Shown: positions 34,536-51,080 of the stretch, in pieces
How positions within the stretch are numbered: the first letter of the stretch is position 1
Layout of the letters: every line of letters begins with the position of its first letter
NCBI GenBank assembly: GCA_964106645.2
Contig: OZ067042.1
DNA length: 64,000 nt
Source of the DNA: Podarcis pityusensis
Lineage: Eukaryota
Direction: 5' to 3' (one strand)
Notes under the pieces: generated by a model
Told to the model about the DNA's origin: nothing
Seen by the model: the letters and a program-made list of their open reading frames with translations, nothing else
Databases searched by the model: none
Position numbers and translations under genes: made by a program

Positions 34536-34728
34536 CCTTAGTAGCCTATGTTCTGTCTTTTGAAATGAAACTCAAGGCAGCTCACAGGGGAGAATTTGAG
34601 TAACCATTATGTGAAGCATACACTAGGCAAACCGAGAAATTCTTTCACTATTTGTAAATACAAAAGTTCATTTGTTTGACAGTGTATGCACTCTCAGCAG
34701 TTTTACTGTTTTATTGATCAATTTAATA

Positions 34729-34967
34729 CAGTGGTACCTCAGGTTACATATGCTTCAGGTTACATATGCTTCAGGTTACAGACTCCGCTAACCCAGAAAT
34801 ATTACCTCAGGTTAAGAACTTTGCTTCAGGATAAGAACAGAAATTGTGCTCCGGTGGTGCGGTGGCAGCAGCAGGAGGCCCCATTAGCTAAAGTGGTGCT
34901 TCAGGTTAAGAACAGGTTAAGAACGGACCTCCGGAACGAATTAAGTACTTAACCTGAGGTACCACTG
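34729..34967. mobile_element. Tc1/mariner MITE, copy 3 (opposite orientation to copies 1 and 2)
   Basis: Same TIRs, TA TSD, repeated subterminal cttcaggttaca units. Confidence 0.9.
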
Positions 34968-35293
34968 TATACAAATTTATTGCATTTCAGTGGTATTGTA
35001 TCTTGCTTCAGGATTATTTTAGAATAAACAAACAAACCATTTGCCTAAAAACAAATGCTTCATGCTGATAGCTAAAAGCCTGAGGGATTGGCCAAGGGGT
35101 ATCTTTCGGAGCATTGTTAAGTGACACAACTCCTCCCACCCCACCCCCAGGCTCAGGCAATTTGTGAATCTATATTTGAACCACAGTGTTGGAGCACTCA
35201 TATAACTCTAAGTGAGCAATCCAATCCCAATATCGGCTGGGATTAGTGATTTTGAAATAGGTGGCTCTTCAACTGAATTATCACCATGACTAA

Positions 35294-35370
35294 GTTGTTG
35301 TTTAGTCGTTTAGTCCTGTCCGACTCTTCATGACCCCATGGACCAGAGCATGCCAGGCACTCCTGTCTTC
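35294..35370 (-). mobile_element. Very short BovB 3' end nested in a palindromic repeat
   Basis: Closely matches 6586-6661; flanked by catgactaagtt / catgaataagtt, a probable TSD. Confidence 0.8.
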
Positions 35371-36933
35371 ATGAATAAGTTAGGTCCATTAATTTCTATG
35401 GGTCTACTCTGAGTAAAACATAGTGGAATGCTACCCCAAATTTCTATTTAAAAAAAAAAAAAAAGTGGTGAGGCTTCTCCATCCCCTATACTCTTCTCTC
35501 TTGCCATTTGTATAGCCTGTTCCAGCACCGGCTTTGTTCAGTGACAGTCATACAGCTCCATTTCCAGCCCCAGGCTTGAGAATTACAGGATCACTATCCA
35601 CACTCTTTCAAATACATTATATGGGGATGAGCTAGGGCATTACTGGCATTAGACTGGGGCTATTTCATGCATAGCACTAAAGATAAAACATGTTCCTATA
35701 ATTGACTAAAAGGCTCCATGTATTGGGCCACAGCATATATGTGAGCAGAAATCACGAGTTCCACTGCTGGTTACTTGATGAATCTGTGAACCATATGCTG
35801 TGCTTAAAATGGGTCTGGGAAAGCAACTTTGGGATGTATGAGACAGGTGCATGAGTAAAGTAAATACTTTAAATTAAAAAAAAAAAAAGCCTGTAGGGTT
35901 TTCAGACAAGATATACTCTTGCATGATTCAAGTCAGATAGTGGGTAGAAGGCCTGCTGTTGATGGTTCTCTGGCTAGAAGTGGGTGAAAAAAGATCACTA
36001 GGGAGAGGAGTTTCAACTTAGGAAAGGACAAGCATGTACTTAACTATAAAGTGCTACATAAATGTGGTGGAATACATTTGCCCAGCTAAGGTTAGGCAAA
36101 ACGCAAATTGATGATTGCGGGTATCTATTTCCTGTCCCTGTGCTTAGGGCACTGTCTAAGTCAGGTCTTCTTAAAACAAATGGTGCCACCACCACCCCTC
36201 CCCAATGAATCATTAATCACTCCTGAGATCCACCCAGTAAACCCCCCTATGGCTAGTTCAAAGAAGCCAAAGTGGGCAAGGGTCAAGGAAGCAGGTGGTC
36301 AGCCACACTTCTTCAAGCAGCTTGTCCACATCCTTGGGCTGCAATAATTTAATATAATATTCTAATATCTAATAATTTGCCTAAATATGGCAGGTGAGCA
36401 CTGTGGATAGAAACCAAGCCATTCAAGGCCTGTACCACTATCCCACCCACTGCTAAAAAGCCATCTAAGGGCCCAGAAGAAAAATGGTTGACCCCCCTGG
36501 GTATGCATAGAGCATGCGTGTTGAGAGGGCAGCAGCAGCACTGTGCTGAGGGCCCCTGAAGTCTGCAGCTGGACCTGGTCTAAGTGCAACTCAAACAAAA
36601 AGATCAACTTATTGAGGTGTACTTTTGGCAGGTCCAAAACTGACTGCATAATTAAAACTTTCCCAAATCATACGCTTCCTGTTCACATTGCTAAAAATAT
36701 GCAGTATCAGACATGTGATGTTTATCCTGGCTTTTAACAGCTGAGATGTGTATTTTCAGGACCCACCCTGTTCCTGTGACTGATTAGTTTCATCTCTTTT
36801 AATACTCATTTTTGAACCTGCCCTGTGTGCACATGCATATAACGTTATAGTGCTCCCATTGTATCATATAAATATTGTCAATTATATCAGCACATCCCTC
36901 TTCAGCCCATGGCCCAGCAAGAAAGAGTTCTTA

Positions 36934-37146
<213 letters not shown>

Positions 37147-38687
37147 CTACCTACCTTATGATCTAAGCAGCAAAGTTGTTTAACACTACTTCCCTTGCTT
37201 GTTTTCCTCTTTCTGGCGGCAGATGAATAATGATAGCTATCCATCTACCTTGCCATTTTTTACCAATCCTACAGAAACCAATAATCTACCCCCCTCTCCA
37301 AATATAAAAATCATTTTGTTTGAGGAAGTACTTCATGATGAAAACAAAGAAAGAAAAACAGAGAAATGTTGGGGGTGACTCAGTTCTATTGCTAAAAATT
37401 GAGCAGATCTGCTTCTGTGAACAACCTGGATGGAAAACCTCTGGGAATCATGCAGAAACTGCTCTGAGTGCCTTGGGCGAAGAGTATGGCAGGGCTAGCC
37501 AATGTGGTACCCTCCAGTTGAAGTACAACTCCCATCAGCCCCAGCCAATGTGGCCAATGGGCAGGAATGATGGAAGCAGTAGTATAACATATGGAGGGAA
37601 CCACGTTGACTGCCCCATAATAACACACACATATGAGAGAGACAAAGAGACACAAACAGAACCACGGAATCATGGGATGTAAGCAAGATCCGGCTGAATC
37701 TGATCCAAATATAAGCAACCTGTTCCATGGTTACAATCCAAACCATATTTGCTTGCAGATATGTCTCGACAATCCGTAAAGGCAGGACTGCGTAAGGCAA
37801 TGGCATTTGTGTGTGATCTGCTATCAGAAGCTGATGTGCATCCATTATATAAGTCTGATCAGCCCAAAGGTGGCATGAATACAACAAATATGTGCACCAG
37901 ACATTTGCATGGGATTCTGAAACAGACAAGGACTAGCATGGGAAACAGACTGTTTTGACTATTTTGCTTCTTGTCCAAATGTACCTGCAATTCTGAGGAA
38001 GCCCTTGCAGTCACAGATTTACGAACAATTAACAGCAACTCAAGTCTTAGAGTCTCCATGCTTTGGTTCAGAAAATGCTCCAACCAAACCATTTAAAACA
38101 ATGCTTCAGAGCTGCACATCTGTAAAGAAGGTTCAAGGGAAGTAAACTTCCGCACTGGCAAGAGGAAGCCAGTGTTTTCTACCTTTCATGTGCTTTGAAG
38201 CCAGCCAGATTAGTAACAGAGCACTGGTCTGCAGTCTTCCAGAAAATCCTCACTTTCTAAGGCTACCACTTACTGGGGAATAAAACGGCAGTCATAGGTC
38301 TCAGGAAGTAAAGGAGGGGAAAATAATATAAAATCTACCAAAGTGAGGTCAACAATATTGCTGAAAGAATGAGTCCATGAGGCAGCAATGAGATTGAAAA
38401 TATCCATTGTTTTCTTTGGTTCTGAAGTTTTCTATGGTAATTTTTAAAAAAATAAAAAAGCCTTTGCGAAAAAACAAAGCACAAAAAGCTTTTCTTTCCA
38501 GCTTTTTAACCTGCCAGAATAAAGGTGTCTGGCTTGTAGTAAATTAATTTACCTTGGTAGATCAAAGGTTGAGAGACATATTTTAATCTGTTGCATATAT
38601 ATTTCTATTACATGTAATTCAAGTACACTGGAAGAAGCTATAAATGAATAAAAAGATAAAAGTAAGGTTCTGAGATAAAGTTACTTA

Positions 38688-38789
<102 letters not shown>

Positions 38790-40042
38790 TTATCTACTGA
38801 TCATTAGTCAATTTCAGCAATGAATCTGGCAAAGATTAAGTCAAGCTGCAATACTAAATTTTGCTAAAGCAAATTAACAGTTCCATGAAAAATTAGAAAA
38901 CACAACCCCTCTTTCCTTAGTCTCCTGGCTCATTAACATAGCTGTGATTCTCATTAACTTCTATAGAATGAGAATTTTAAAACGTCTTATTAAGAATTGA
39001 AAGAATCAGAAAGTCAAGCTCTGCCACAGCTTCCACGCCACCAAGGCATCGTTCCCCAATCAGCAGCACTCTGCAGAACCTGTACAATACAGGGAACGCT
39101 TTACTTTGCTGTATTCAAGCATACTCAGGGGTAAAAAAAATTAAAAACCAAAATGTTGGAATATGCCCTTGTGCAGGTGGCAACCATTTTGCATGGGGAT
39201 TCCAATTCCTGGCCCCCACATGCACTGCATTAGCCTGCCCCTGTTCTGCCCTCTGCTAGGTCCAAAAGGACCCGGGCATCAGTGATTGTGTGTCAGTTGG
39301 ACAAACACAAAATGGTCGCCGCCTGTTTAGCAGTTCCTCTCCTCAACCAAAGTCAAATAGTCCTTCTCAGTGTCACATGCCCACAGACTGGATCTGTTCA
39401 ATGCCTAAATGGGAGACCAATGGGAGACCACCGATGTAAAGAACCCTGATTTTTGTGCTGTAAAGAAGATGCAATATAAATGTACTAAATAAATAAGTTA
39501 ACTAAAATGACTACTGACCCAGAAATATGATTCATGTGAATGACCATGCAGGGGCATCTAGTATAATGTGCGAGAGAAGCCCCACATGTTAGGCCTTTTC
39601 TATGTAGATTTAATCACTACTTTGTAGGCTAAGAGATCCTGTTGCTTTTAAAAAAAACAAAAAACAGAATAAGCTGCTATCCACAGTGAGGGCATGCCAT
39701 TTAAATGGGGAGTGCTTGTTATTTAACCAGCGGATTGCCAAGAATGTCATAAGCTTCTGCTGAAATGTGGGTAATAAAAGACTTCTACAAAACTAAAACC
39801 AAATGTTAGTAATTTCATAATGGATACATTCCACAAAATTATCCATTGATTACAAAAAGCCAAATTTATATTCATATTCGGTATCTAGCTAACAGTCAAA
39901 GAATGTGCTGCAAGTTTCATGGAGGCCATAAAACGAAAAAGGCTAAAGCTTATCCTTTAGAAAGCATCATGTAACACGTACTCTCCCAGCCGGTGTAAGC
40001 AGATAACCTTCCTTTCCTAGTAAAAAGGGGTTAGGAATCCTA

Positions 40043-40321
<279 letters not shown>

Positions 40322-43300
40322 TTAAATATGAATTCACGGAAGTGAGTACATGCATCCCATCTGCAACCCAATTCCCAACTTGATAAACCTTCAGCCATCA
40401 GAATTCACACTGCTTCATTCAGGTACACACAGTCAGGGACAGATGTGAAGGCTCAGAGAAAAATGGAATCATTCCAGAAAAAGTAGGGGTTTCCCCCCGT
40501 TTTTAAAAAGCACTTCTCTCCACCCCCCAAAAAAAATGTAAAACATTTTTGGATTATGAAACATTTTCTTTTGAAATGATGAACAAAAGAAGACAAGGAG
40601 TTCATATATTTAGTCCCTCAAAACTAAAATGGTGTAACACAAAGACTTTTGTATTAAATTATGCACAGATCACTACAATTTGTTTATGCTGCGGACAAGC
40701 AAGTCCTGAGTACAAGCAGACAAGCAAGTCACTGAAAGTACACAACTCAAAAATGCAAGAGCAAGACGCATTTCTGCCTCTTGGAGGGCACTGCCATTGT
40801 GATCTTCCTTCGCTTGGCATAGTTGATGGATCTGTTTCTGTCCTATGGACTATGCCTCAAACGATTGGGAGTGGAAGGAAGTACACAACAACATAATTTT
40901 GTGACCATTCGATTCCTGCTGCTATAATCTGACCCTCCCACTATTTCTCTCAGCTGTGTTTCTGCACCTGGGGAAAAAACATTGCTGGGAGACTTCAGAA
41001 AGGGTGAGGAGGTGGGGAATACAGGTGGAAACTAAATGACATGTGGCAACCACTTGAAGGCAGGTTTTGTTTTAAAGCATAGAAAACAATTCCCATTGGC
41101 CAACTTTCTATACTTAAACCACATTTGTCAGAAGACAATTCACTCATGTTAAAGCTTTCTGGGAAGATGGTTTGAACATCACTAAAAATAGTCAAGCAAT
41201 ATGTACCAAAGGCTCCAGAAATACTGTCATTTTTCCTAAGAAACCAGTCTAAAGTCTCCTGCGACTTAAAACCTGCTGATTTTATCTTTCGCCATTAAAG
41301 TACAGCTCTGCAATAGTATACAGTGATACCAAGTAATTATTTTCCACTGCTTTTATGAGAGCGTTTAAAATACTGCAAGATAGCAATCAAATCTTTCCCT
41401 TAGTGACTACTAGAGAAATCTCTAAGAAAATGCACTTGAAAACTCACAACTCCGTTTCATGCTGCGAAAGGAGACCATCCTTCAACTGAATCAAATGTTT
41501 AAAACTGCACATTAAATTGTATCATACGGCTCCTGAAATAGCCTCTCAATGACATCCGCTATAAACCCTGTTCGTATGGACTTAACAACTTCTAAGTTAC
41601 ATTAGAACAGGATTTCAAGTTAACATGTGCAGTCAGAGTGGCTACTTTTTGCAGAAGTATATAAAAATAAAAACAACTATATTCTCTACCCCACCCCCCA
41701 AAAAGGCTGAAATGTAGCACATTTGTGGCCTCTAAGATATCCAGCATACTAGCTGATTGGCATTTTGAAACCAAGTTACCGACTTTTAAAAAACTAACAT
41801 TTTGTAGAAAACGTAAATAATGAAATTTGAAAGTGGTCTCCTACACCCTTAACCTTCTTTCCTCCCTTCACGTCAGCACCTTTTTGAAAATGTACAATTG
41901 ACCTTTCTTGACTCAGAAAGGAAGTTCTGCCTGCTGATGGAAACCATAGCTTGCTTTAAGCTTTTCTGTCATTAGTAATAAGAGGCAGCAGGAGAAACAT
42001 GTTGTGAAACTTTCTACTGGATTTTTCCCCGTCTCCTTTTGGTCCAGGATATCATACTTCCACAGCGCAACACTACATGCTCTTATTGATGGACTTTTTA
42101 AACAGAAAGTATTCTTTGTCATGTTATTTCTTTTAACCAAATCCGAATCACAAGGTGCAGATCTGGCTTTGATCCACTAAAATAAAAACCCATAAAATAT
42201 AACATTGTAATAAAATTCCAGCAACATCAAGATCTATATTAGAAATTAATGGAATGCCATTAAATTCCAGAAGAATATTTGCATCACAACAAAAACAGTG
42301 GTCCAGTTTGCACATTATGGTAATGTTTTGCTCCCCCTTAATCTCACAGGGAAGGAACAAACTATGAACCTTGGCCGAGTGTCAAGTCAGAACTAGTGCT
42401 GTGCCAGGCATTTTCCCCTGCATTCAAAAACTATCAAAAAGGGAGAGAAAGCGTCATTGAAATTCACATGGTGGGGTGCAGAGGGTTTATGTCACCTTAC
42501 TTTTGAGGTGGCCAAGACTGTGAATGGGCCTTTCTTTCATTCTACAAATCATTTTCAAAATGACAGGGGCAGATCTAGATTTCGGGGTCTCAAATTTCAG
42601 CGGCGCCCTGGGCAACGCCAAAATCAGCATCTCCTTGCCTCTCATGCTCCGCTCTAAATCATAGTTGTGGCATCCCCCTCCCCCGTGGGTCCAGTGCAAT
42701 CAAACCAGCCGTGCTCCCCTAAATCCACCTCTGGATTGCACAGTCTTGCTGGTGCAACACATTACATGACTCAGAGAAGCAGTAAGACCCTTGTAAACAC
42801 TACAGTTTTTTTCAATTCTAGGAAGCGTTTTTCAGTGATTTCTTTCTATCCACCACAGTCAAGCCGAAGGAGTATAAAGGGGAGGAAGAGGGACTTTTCT
42901 TTCGCTTACCAGTCCCACAAGGCTGCGTGGTGATATAAAGAAATAAGCATTATTTCATTACAAGTTTAACTGCCTGATAAAATCTGTTGCATTTGCATTT
43001 TTTAAAATTTAATGTCATGTTATAAAGATGGCAACTGGACACGCTGAATTTCTCAGTGTATTTCTGTTCCTGGATGGTAAGAACATCCTGAAAATATAAA
43101 CTCTTATTATTTCTGCCCTAAGGATCAAGTAAGGGTATGGGGAAGCTGGTGAAATGTCAATATTAAGCTGTTTGAAGAATCAGAATGTGTTTCTCAGATG
43201 TGACTACTATCTGTTTAATGCCTTGCACTCTCAAAACCTTCCATTATGCTGGTCAATTTCAGTTCTTTTGGGGCGTTGGCATTCATTCAAGGATGTGGTT

Positions 43301-44700
43301 TCTCCTTCTCTAGGGCAGAAGATATGTGCAACTGCATTTCTCTATTTAAACAGCTGAAGTTGGCTTGCATGCCAAAAAGACAATGACCATGTTCCCACAC
43401 GATGCTAAACCATGGTTTGGCACTATGTGCACAAGCACAGCATCCAAAAAATGGAATGTCTGCCTGCAAAATTTAAACACAGACTAAAATATTTAGAAAA
43501 TACTACTTCTGGTGTAACAAGCAACTCACAGAAAGGAACATTGATTAGCATGTGCTAGTACACAATGCTGTAGTCAACAACAAAGCCAATTATGTTCTGT
43601 CTGACTCAGTTACTAAGAAAGCTGGCCTTGCACCTCCACCATCGTCCTTATTTAGTCTATTAAGCAGAGGACTGCACTGTATTTACAGGCACAGGAAAAT
43701 TTAAGGTTTAGCTGTGAAGGAATCTGCCAAATAGGGATCTCCAAGGACTGAATATCAAAATGATGCTATTGCAGTTAGTTTTCTCAGTAGGCAAATATTT
43801 TAAGTGAAGACAAATGACTAATTTGCTCACAGGATTGCTGCTGCTTCTTTTCACCAATTAGCCAATGCCGGCAGATGGAATTCCCTTGAAACCTCTTGGG
43901 AAATGAATGCCGCTCTCTTTCATATTCAGTAAGTTAGTAAACTGTTTGGGCTTTAGTTTAATAAGGAAAATTTCAAGGTTATGCTTTTGTTGCCTGGCTA
44001 AACAGCTCACAGTTTATCCACATCAATATTGGAATTCATGAATATCTAAGTTCATTTTCATGATTTCTTTGTTCTGTCTTTAAAAGAAACCTTAGCCGGC
44101 ATAACCTGGCATTTGATTACTTACGCATACATTTGCTTCCAAATTAAATGCAGCTCTTTACTGGAGCCTCTATGAACAATTCTGCTAGTAAAAATGCCTA
44201 TTAATATTAAAATAGCTGAAGCTGCCTTTCAAATGGATCAAACTGAAAAACTTGAAAAGGATGGAGTGGACAAGTTATTTAGCACTAAGGGTTACTTGCT
44301 TTTATTTATTAATTTTGCAGCCCCAATCAACCTAATTTGCAAAATATTCTATGACTGTTGCCAACTGCATTTGGAAATGCTCTGCAATTCCACGAGAGGT
44401 TTCTCCTCCTATTCCCCTACAGTCCCACCTTTCCTGCATCATCCGGAACAGGATTTCCCCTAGATTTCCAGAGTTGACTCCCTCACCTTCTACCTGAGGA
44501 ATCATCACTGGAATTTAGAATGTAATAACCATTTGCCCAAATAGTTAAGAACACTGCTATTGTCTCTGGGCCTGAGCAATGCCCATAAGCTTGATGTAAC
44601 ACTGGGACAGGCGGATGAGTATAAAACTCAGAATGTGTTGTGACATTCAGGATGCCAATCTCATGTTTCAGATCTGTTTCTTCAAAAATGCAATTTGTAG

Positions 44701-44773
44701 ATGGATGGAAGGGAGGGAGGGAGGGAGGGAGGGAGGGAGGGAGGAAGGAAGGAAGGAAGGAAGGAAGGAAGGA
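44701..44773. repeat. (GGGA)n(GGAA)n microsatellite
   Basis: Directly visible. Confidence 0.9.
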
Positions 44774-44810
44774 GCAAGCTCATTTAGTAACACAAAGCTG
44801 TCATCTTTCA

Positions 44811-45170
<360 letters not shown>

Positions 45171-47060
45171 TCAAAATGCTCCTGCCATGTATTTATTTAG
45201 AAAATAAGTTCACTCTATCTGTAGTAGAAGTAGCATGTTTATTTTTTTAATTAGACTTCTCACCTTCCCTTCACCTTATGGTTCTAGGACAGGTTGCAAC
45301 AATATAATATACAATTATAAAAAAGAGATAAAACCATTGCAATGATAAAACAAATAGAACTATTTCCAAATAGAGCAGAATAGTATAAATTCAATAAAAG
45401 AGGTGATTCTCACAAAGTAAAAGTTACTGGAGTACAAAACACACCCAACTCTTTAATACATTCAGTTCAAATCAGCTGCCTTCAAACATTCACATTCTCT
45501 CTCCCCCCCCCACTATGACGCCATACCTACCCACCCACCTACTCCAGGTGAACATACAAAAGATCACAAAGCAGAATATGCACTCTTGCTACATTTTGCC
45601 TTCATCATAAGAACTCCCTTCCAGTCTTACCAAAAGCAGAAGGGAGGTGGAGCAGTTTCTGCTTTATATTCTTTAAGCTCAATAACCAGATTCAGGTCTC
45701 TCCTCTATTGGGGGTGGGGAAGGAGATGAACCCATGGGCTTGACCGCCTCACATGCACCATCTCTCTCAGCATTTGTACAGTCCCACACATATTGGGGTC
45801 TGAACTTCTGCAGCAGGGAACTTTTTCTACCCAAGTAGGCTCCATGAGCAAGTCTAGCAAACTAAATCAGGCAGGGATTCTACTAAACAGCAGGCTCCCA
45901 GCTGCAAATGTTCAGCACCAACATATGGGGTTTGCAGCAATGCTGGCAGAGATGTGAGGGAGGTGGTGAGCCAAACGAGTTCACCCTTGCTCTCCCTTTC
46001 ATGTGACAATAACTGAGGGGGTGGAAAGCAAAGTGCATATGAACAGGGCTATTGAGATTGGCACGAGATGTTTAGGTAAAACAAAAGGAGCAGGAAGTTT
46101 AACATGCCTTGTACTTTTTATTCCTCTCCATTTCTGACCATGTGAAATTCATCTCATGTATTTCATGTCAAGGAAATGCAGAAGGTCCACTGAAGAGCTA
46201 ACTTGTGCACATGAATTTCATCATGAAGTTCCACCCACTCATTCCCAACTACTTTTTGGAATCTTATTTGCTCTTCATTGTTCCATCAAATGAACAGGAA
46301 CAAAAACCACTGTGAAACTAGTGTTCAGCACAACACTAGCTTTCAGTTTTCAACGCTAGCTTTCAGTTACCAAAGAGTTAGAATAGGCTGTAATACAGGA
46401 GGAATGCAGATCACATTCTGTCGGTAGAGCTGTGCAAGAGTTGCAGTAGATCAGCAAGGTTTCTGGCTCCAAATTGCTGAACAATAGCAACAACAAAAAT
46501 ATTTGTTTCCCTTCTAACTAAGGAAGGCTGCTGTGATGATGAAAGCTGGGGTGGAGGGAATCAGGAGTGGATTGTGGATTTTGAAGTGGCAGGGCTATAG
46601 ACATTCCTGCACTGAGCATCCACTCAAAGGTGCCCTGTTCCTTAATTCTGAGAGAGTGTTGTCTTTTCCCTAGCCAGTATTCTGCACCTGGCTCCAGTGA
46701 AAAAACAAAGTAGATCCCAAACGCCTGAAGTCTGCCCACCCCTAGAATGAACTTAATTAATGTTGTTATTGTAACATGCCCTAGCAATCAGATGGGCAGG
46801 CTGAAAAAGAATCACATAAATACATAAATTAATCCACCCAGCATTTGAATCAGAGAAAAGTACTGTGTAAAAATAAATGACGAATGTTGCTTCTATATTC
46901 CTCTCCTTTTAGCCAGAGATGCAAGTTCCTGCAGCTTTTCAAAACAAATTCAATATGGCATCCAGCTATTCACTCCACTCTCCCACAGTATCATTTTTAT
47001 TACACTTGCACAGAATTAACAGACAAGAGTATGTCACATAATAAAAACGGCACTATATCA

Positions 47061-47294
<234 letters not shown>

Positions 47295-47642
47295 CTAGCT
47301 TGATGTACTTTACAGGCCATTAAGTTATAGATATAGTAACACTGTTTCCCTGCAACTCTGGTTCCCAAGGCCAGCAACAAAGTAAACCACTGGTCCTTTG
47401 TTGTTTAAGCTGTGGGCTCTGTATCTCATTGAGTAAACCTCCATGAAAACAAAAGAACATATAACAAAAATTAGGAAAGCGCACACATACAGTACGAAGG
47501 GAAACTGTATCACAAATAATTTTAAGAAACTTATATACCATCAAAAAGTCCTACTGTATGATGTAGTCCAAATGTTACAATTTCAATGTGATGCCTTATC
47601 AGTCTCTTGTATGGGAATTCTACCAGTTCAAGCAACTTCGGA

Positions 47643-47645
<3 letters not shown>

Positions 47646-47686
<41 letters not shown>
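47646..47686. repeat. (TA)n microsatellite
   Basis: Directly visible. Confidence 0.9.
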
Positions 47687-47692
<6 letters not shown>

Positions 47693-48806
47693 CGCAGGAA
47701 GGTTGTAAAACACGCCAACCTTGGAAAGCTTTAATTTCCTACTGTGGTTCTCCACCTCCATAAAACTTAAAACCGATTTCCATAAGAGATGAATATGCCT
47801 TGTGTCATGTCAGACCATATAAGACAGTAACACTTTACATGAAGACCTCCTTAATTGCCCATCTCTGCACCTTGAATGCAGATATCCCAGTTGCAAACAA
47901 CATATCAGAGAATTACTGGCAAGACTTTCATGTGAAATACTTTTATTTTTTCCCGTGTTCAGTGATTTAAAAAAAATATTATTATATTAATACATTAAAC
48001 ATACAATGATTTAGACGACATACAGTACAAGATCCCTGACAGCACACTAAATAATGGGTTGGCTCCATAGTTAGTGATGCATATGTCACTCAAAAGTTAT
48101 CCTAAATGGTCTTTTTCTTTGTTTATAAGCATTCCCTCTCATGCTGGAGGCTTTTGTTTGGGCAAAAGACATTTGAAGAATTACCTATTTTGTTTACAAT
48201 GGCAGCCATTATTCAGGCATAAGTATAAATATGTATTTTTAAAATTAAGATCCCAGAATAAGTATAGTATATTTGTTTTATTACGGTCAATGACCAGTAT
48301 CAAGATAAAATTACAAAATTTAAAAGCCCACAATTGTATAAAATCCCATACACATAAACATATACTAGATCCCAGAATAAATATCATCATCACCATCATC
48401 ATATTTCTATATATTGCCTTTTACAAATGTTTGCACTCTCTCTCACACATGCACATTTTTTAAATGTGTTAAAAGAGACTAGGTCAGGTCCTGCCATTTG
48501 TTTACCTAAGGCATTTATGCTACAGTTGCCTTTCAGTAACTTTTAGCCAACCAAATGAAAGCATGTAGACTTCCCTGTGGATCAAATCAAGAGTTGAGGA
48601 ATAAACAATTGTACCAAGACTTTGACTTGCTTGTAAATACCTGCTGCTAAAGATAAATAGGCTGTCAAAAGCACTGATTTATACCGAAAACTGCTGAAGC
48701 CTGAGGTGAACAAAATGAACTTTGGCCTTCTACAGTTAGAGAGTTTGGACGCCACAAAAGAAACATTATTCACAGAACCTGCCACCTCGCTCAATACTCC
48801 CTTTCA

Positions 48807-48959
<153 letters not shown>

Positions 48960-51080
48960 TTAGCGCCTGGCATCTGATGAGGAGATGAAGTCGGTGAAAC
49001 TCAAGAGCGAAAAATAAAATAATCTTTCAGCAGACCACTTTTGACCAGAGCATTTGTTGTAAGGACTAACAAGGGTCTTACTAGATTTCAGGGCTTGTGC
49101 ACACGCCTCTAGCGAGTTTTCTGAGGAACAAATTCTGTGTGTGCACTTACCACTTACATGACAAACCCTCTTCATGTACTTGCAGAAAGAGGAGCTGCAA
49201 TTCCCAGAGTAGTTTAGCGATCAATCTATCTTTCCAGGGAACTCTGGGAACTGTAGCTCTGAGGGGAATAGGGGCTCTCCTAACAATTCTCAGCACCTTT
49301 AGCAAACTACAGTTCACAGGATACTTTGTGGGAAGCCCTGATTGTTAACATGGTATGATTTGTACGGTGTGGATGTGGCCTTGTTTAATTCCCCCCTCCT
49401 TCGTTTTCCAGAAAGGCCACAAAGTGACAAGGAAGCTTAATTAGAGAGGATTCTCTTTTCTAGCGACTTTGGGGAATGCTTCATCTGAACCACCACAGAG
49501 CATGTGAAGAGTATCTTTTTCTTCACTGCTAAGTAATGGCTGTGTAAGAAAATAAGGCCTATTCATTATTCCCAACATATCTAGACACAAAGTGTTGTAA
49601 ACTTTACAACAATGGTACTAGAATCTCCTCAGCCTCTTGATACTAATGGCCAAAGAACTTCCTGTACGAATGAAGGCAGAAAACCTTTATATTGATACAG
49701 TGAATCATTATTTGTGACGTACATTTTACCACTGTGAATTCAGAGAGATTTCTGCGAGGAAGCTCTTTGTTTGTCAATGTTGCAAAGGTGACCCAACTGC
49801 CTTACTTAATTGTAAAAGGTGCCCTCCCTGGAGCAAGAATTTATCTTGAAATGAATTGGGGATAAGTGATCCTGTTTTTCATATGCAGCTTTGTTTGTTT
49901 GTTTTCTTTGCTATTTGCTTTGCATTTTTGACTATTGTTTTTTCAGTTTTCCACAGCAGACAGATAGAAATTATTGTTGATAAAAAATCTCCGATTAGAA
50001 ATTAAACACAGACCATATGTTAAACTAACAACAGAGCCTCTACTGCCTACCTCTTCCACTAGTTCTGGCAATGTGTCTGGTGCAAGAGGAGTCCACTGTA
50101 TTCTCTCCTGGAGAAAATTAAGTGGGCTTGGCAAAATGCCATGATTAAAAATCAAATGGGATGAGTTTAAATAGGGGCTTTTAATTGAAAAAAGCTCTCA
50201 GTTTAATCATGCTGATGTGAATGTATACACTGGGCTATATCTGTTATGAAAATGGCATGCTACTTTGACAATACACAAAGACCAAAGAGTTGTATGTTTT
50301 GTGCATCCCCCCCCCCCCCCCGAAACCAAAATTGAATTTAAGATCTTGGCAGAAAGCAAACATTTGCATTGGAAAATGGTTAATTTATGTGCTCTTGTGC
50401 TTCTAATATGAACACAACAATTCTGTCATTGTGTTTCTGCGGACCCCAATCTAATAAACTGCTCTTAAGAGCCTTCTTTCATTACAAACCCTCTCCACCC
50501 ACATTTATGCCGAATGCTGTTTTCAAACGTTTAATGCTCTAAGATTTTCCGCATTAATGTTTCCCCTAAGGGAAAGGGCTGACAGAATTATATAGACAGA
50601 CCCCCACTGTTGACTAGAATCTTGCAGGTGGCAAGTGAAATTCATGGCACCATCTTTCATCCACATAATTAAGACTATTTCCATAAATACACATAAAAGA
50701 TTTTTCTCCCTATTTTTTTTAATCAACAGGTAAAATTTCAAAAAAGTGCTTTTAAGTTTTCAAACAGTAGCACAGTTTCTAAAATGTTTCTATTTTTTCC
50801 TGTAAATTCAAAACTAATTAAAATTAATTATAGTTTTGATGTGTGTCCTGTTTCATTTCAATATTATAAGCTTAGCATACACCAGGCACTAAAGAGCATA
50901 GGTTGTATCGAACCGTGTTGTTCAGCTGACAGTAAGCTTCTCCAGGGGAGTAGTTTTCAGTGATTCTTCCTCTCCCCTATGGCCCCCAGTATTCTGGAGG
51001 GTGCCCCCAGGCCTGTGGAACTGATTTAGAGAAGGCTGAAAGGGAAATGAGGAATTACTGGAAATGGCTTCCCTCTACAT

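Noticed and set aside
40774-40796. Possible CTCF site (cctcttggagggcact)
   Set aside because: Only a partial consensus match; cannot be supported without a PWM score or ChIP data
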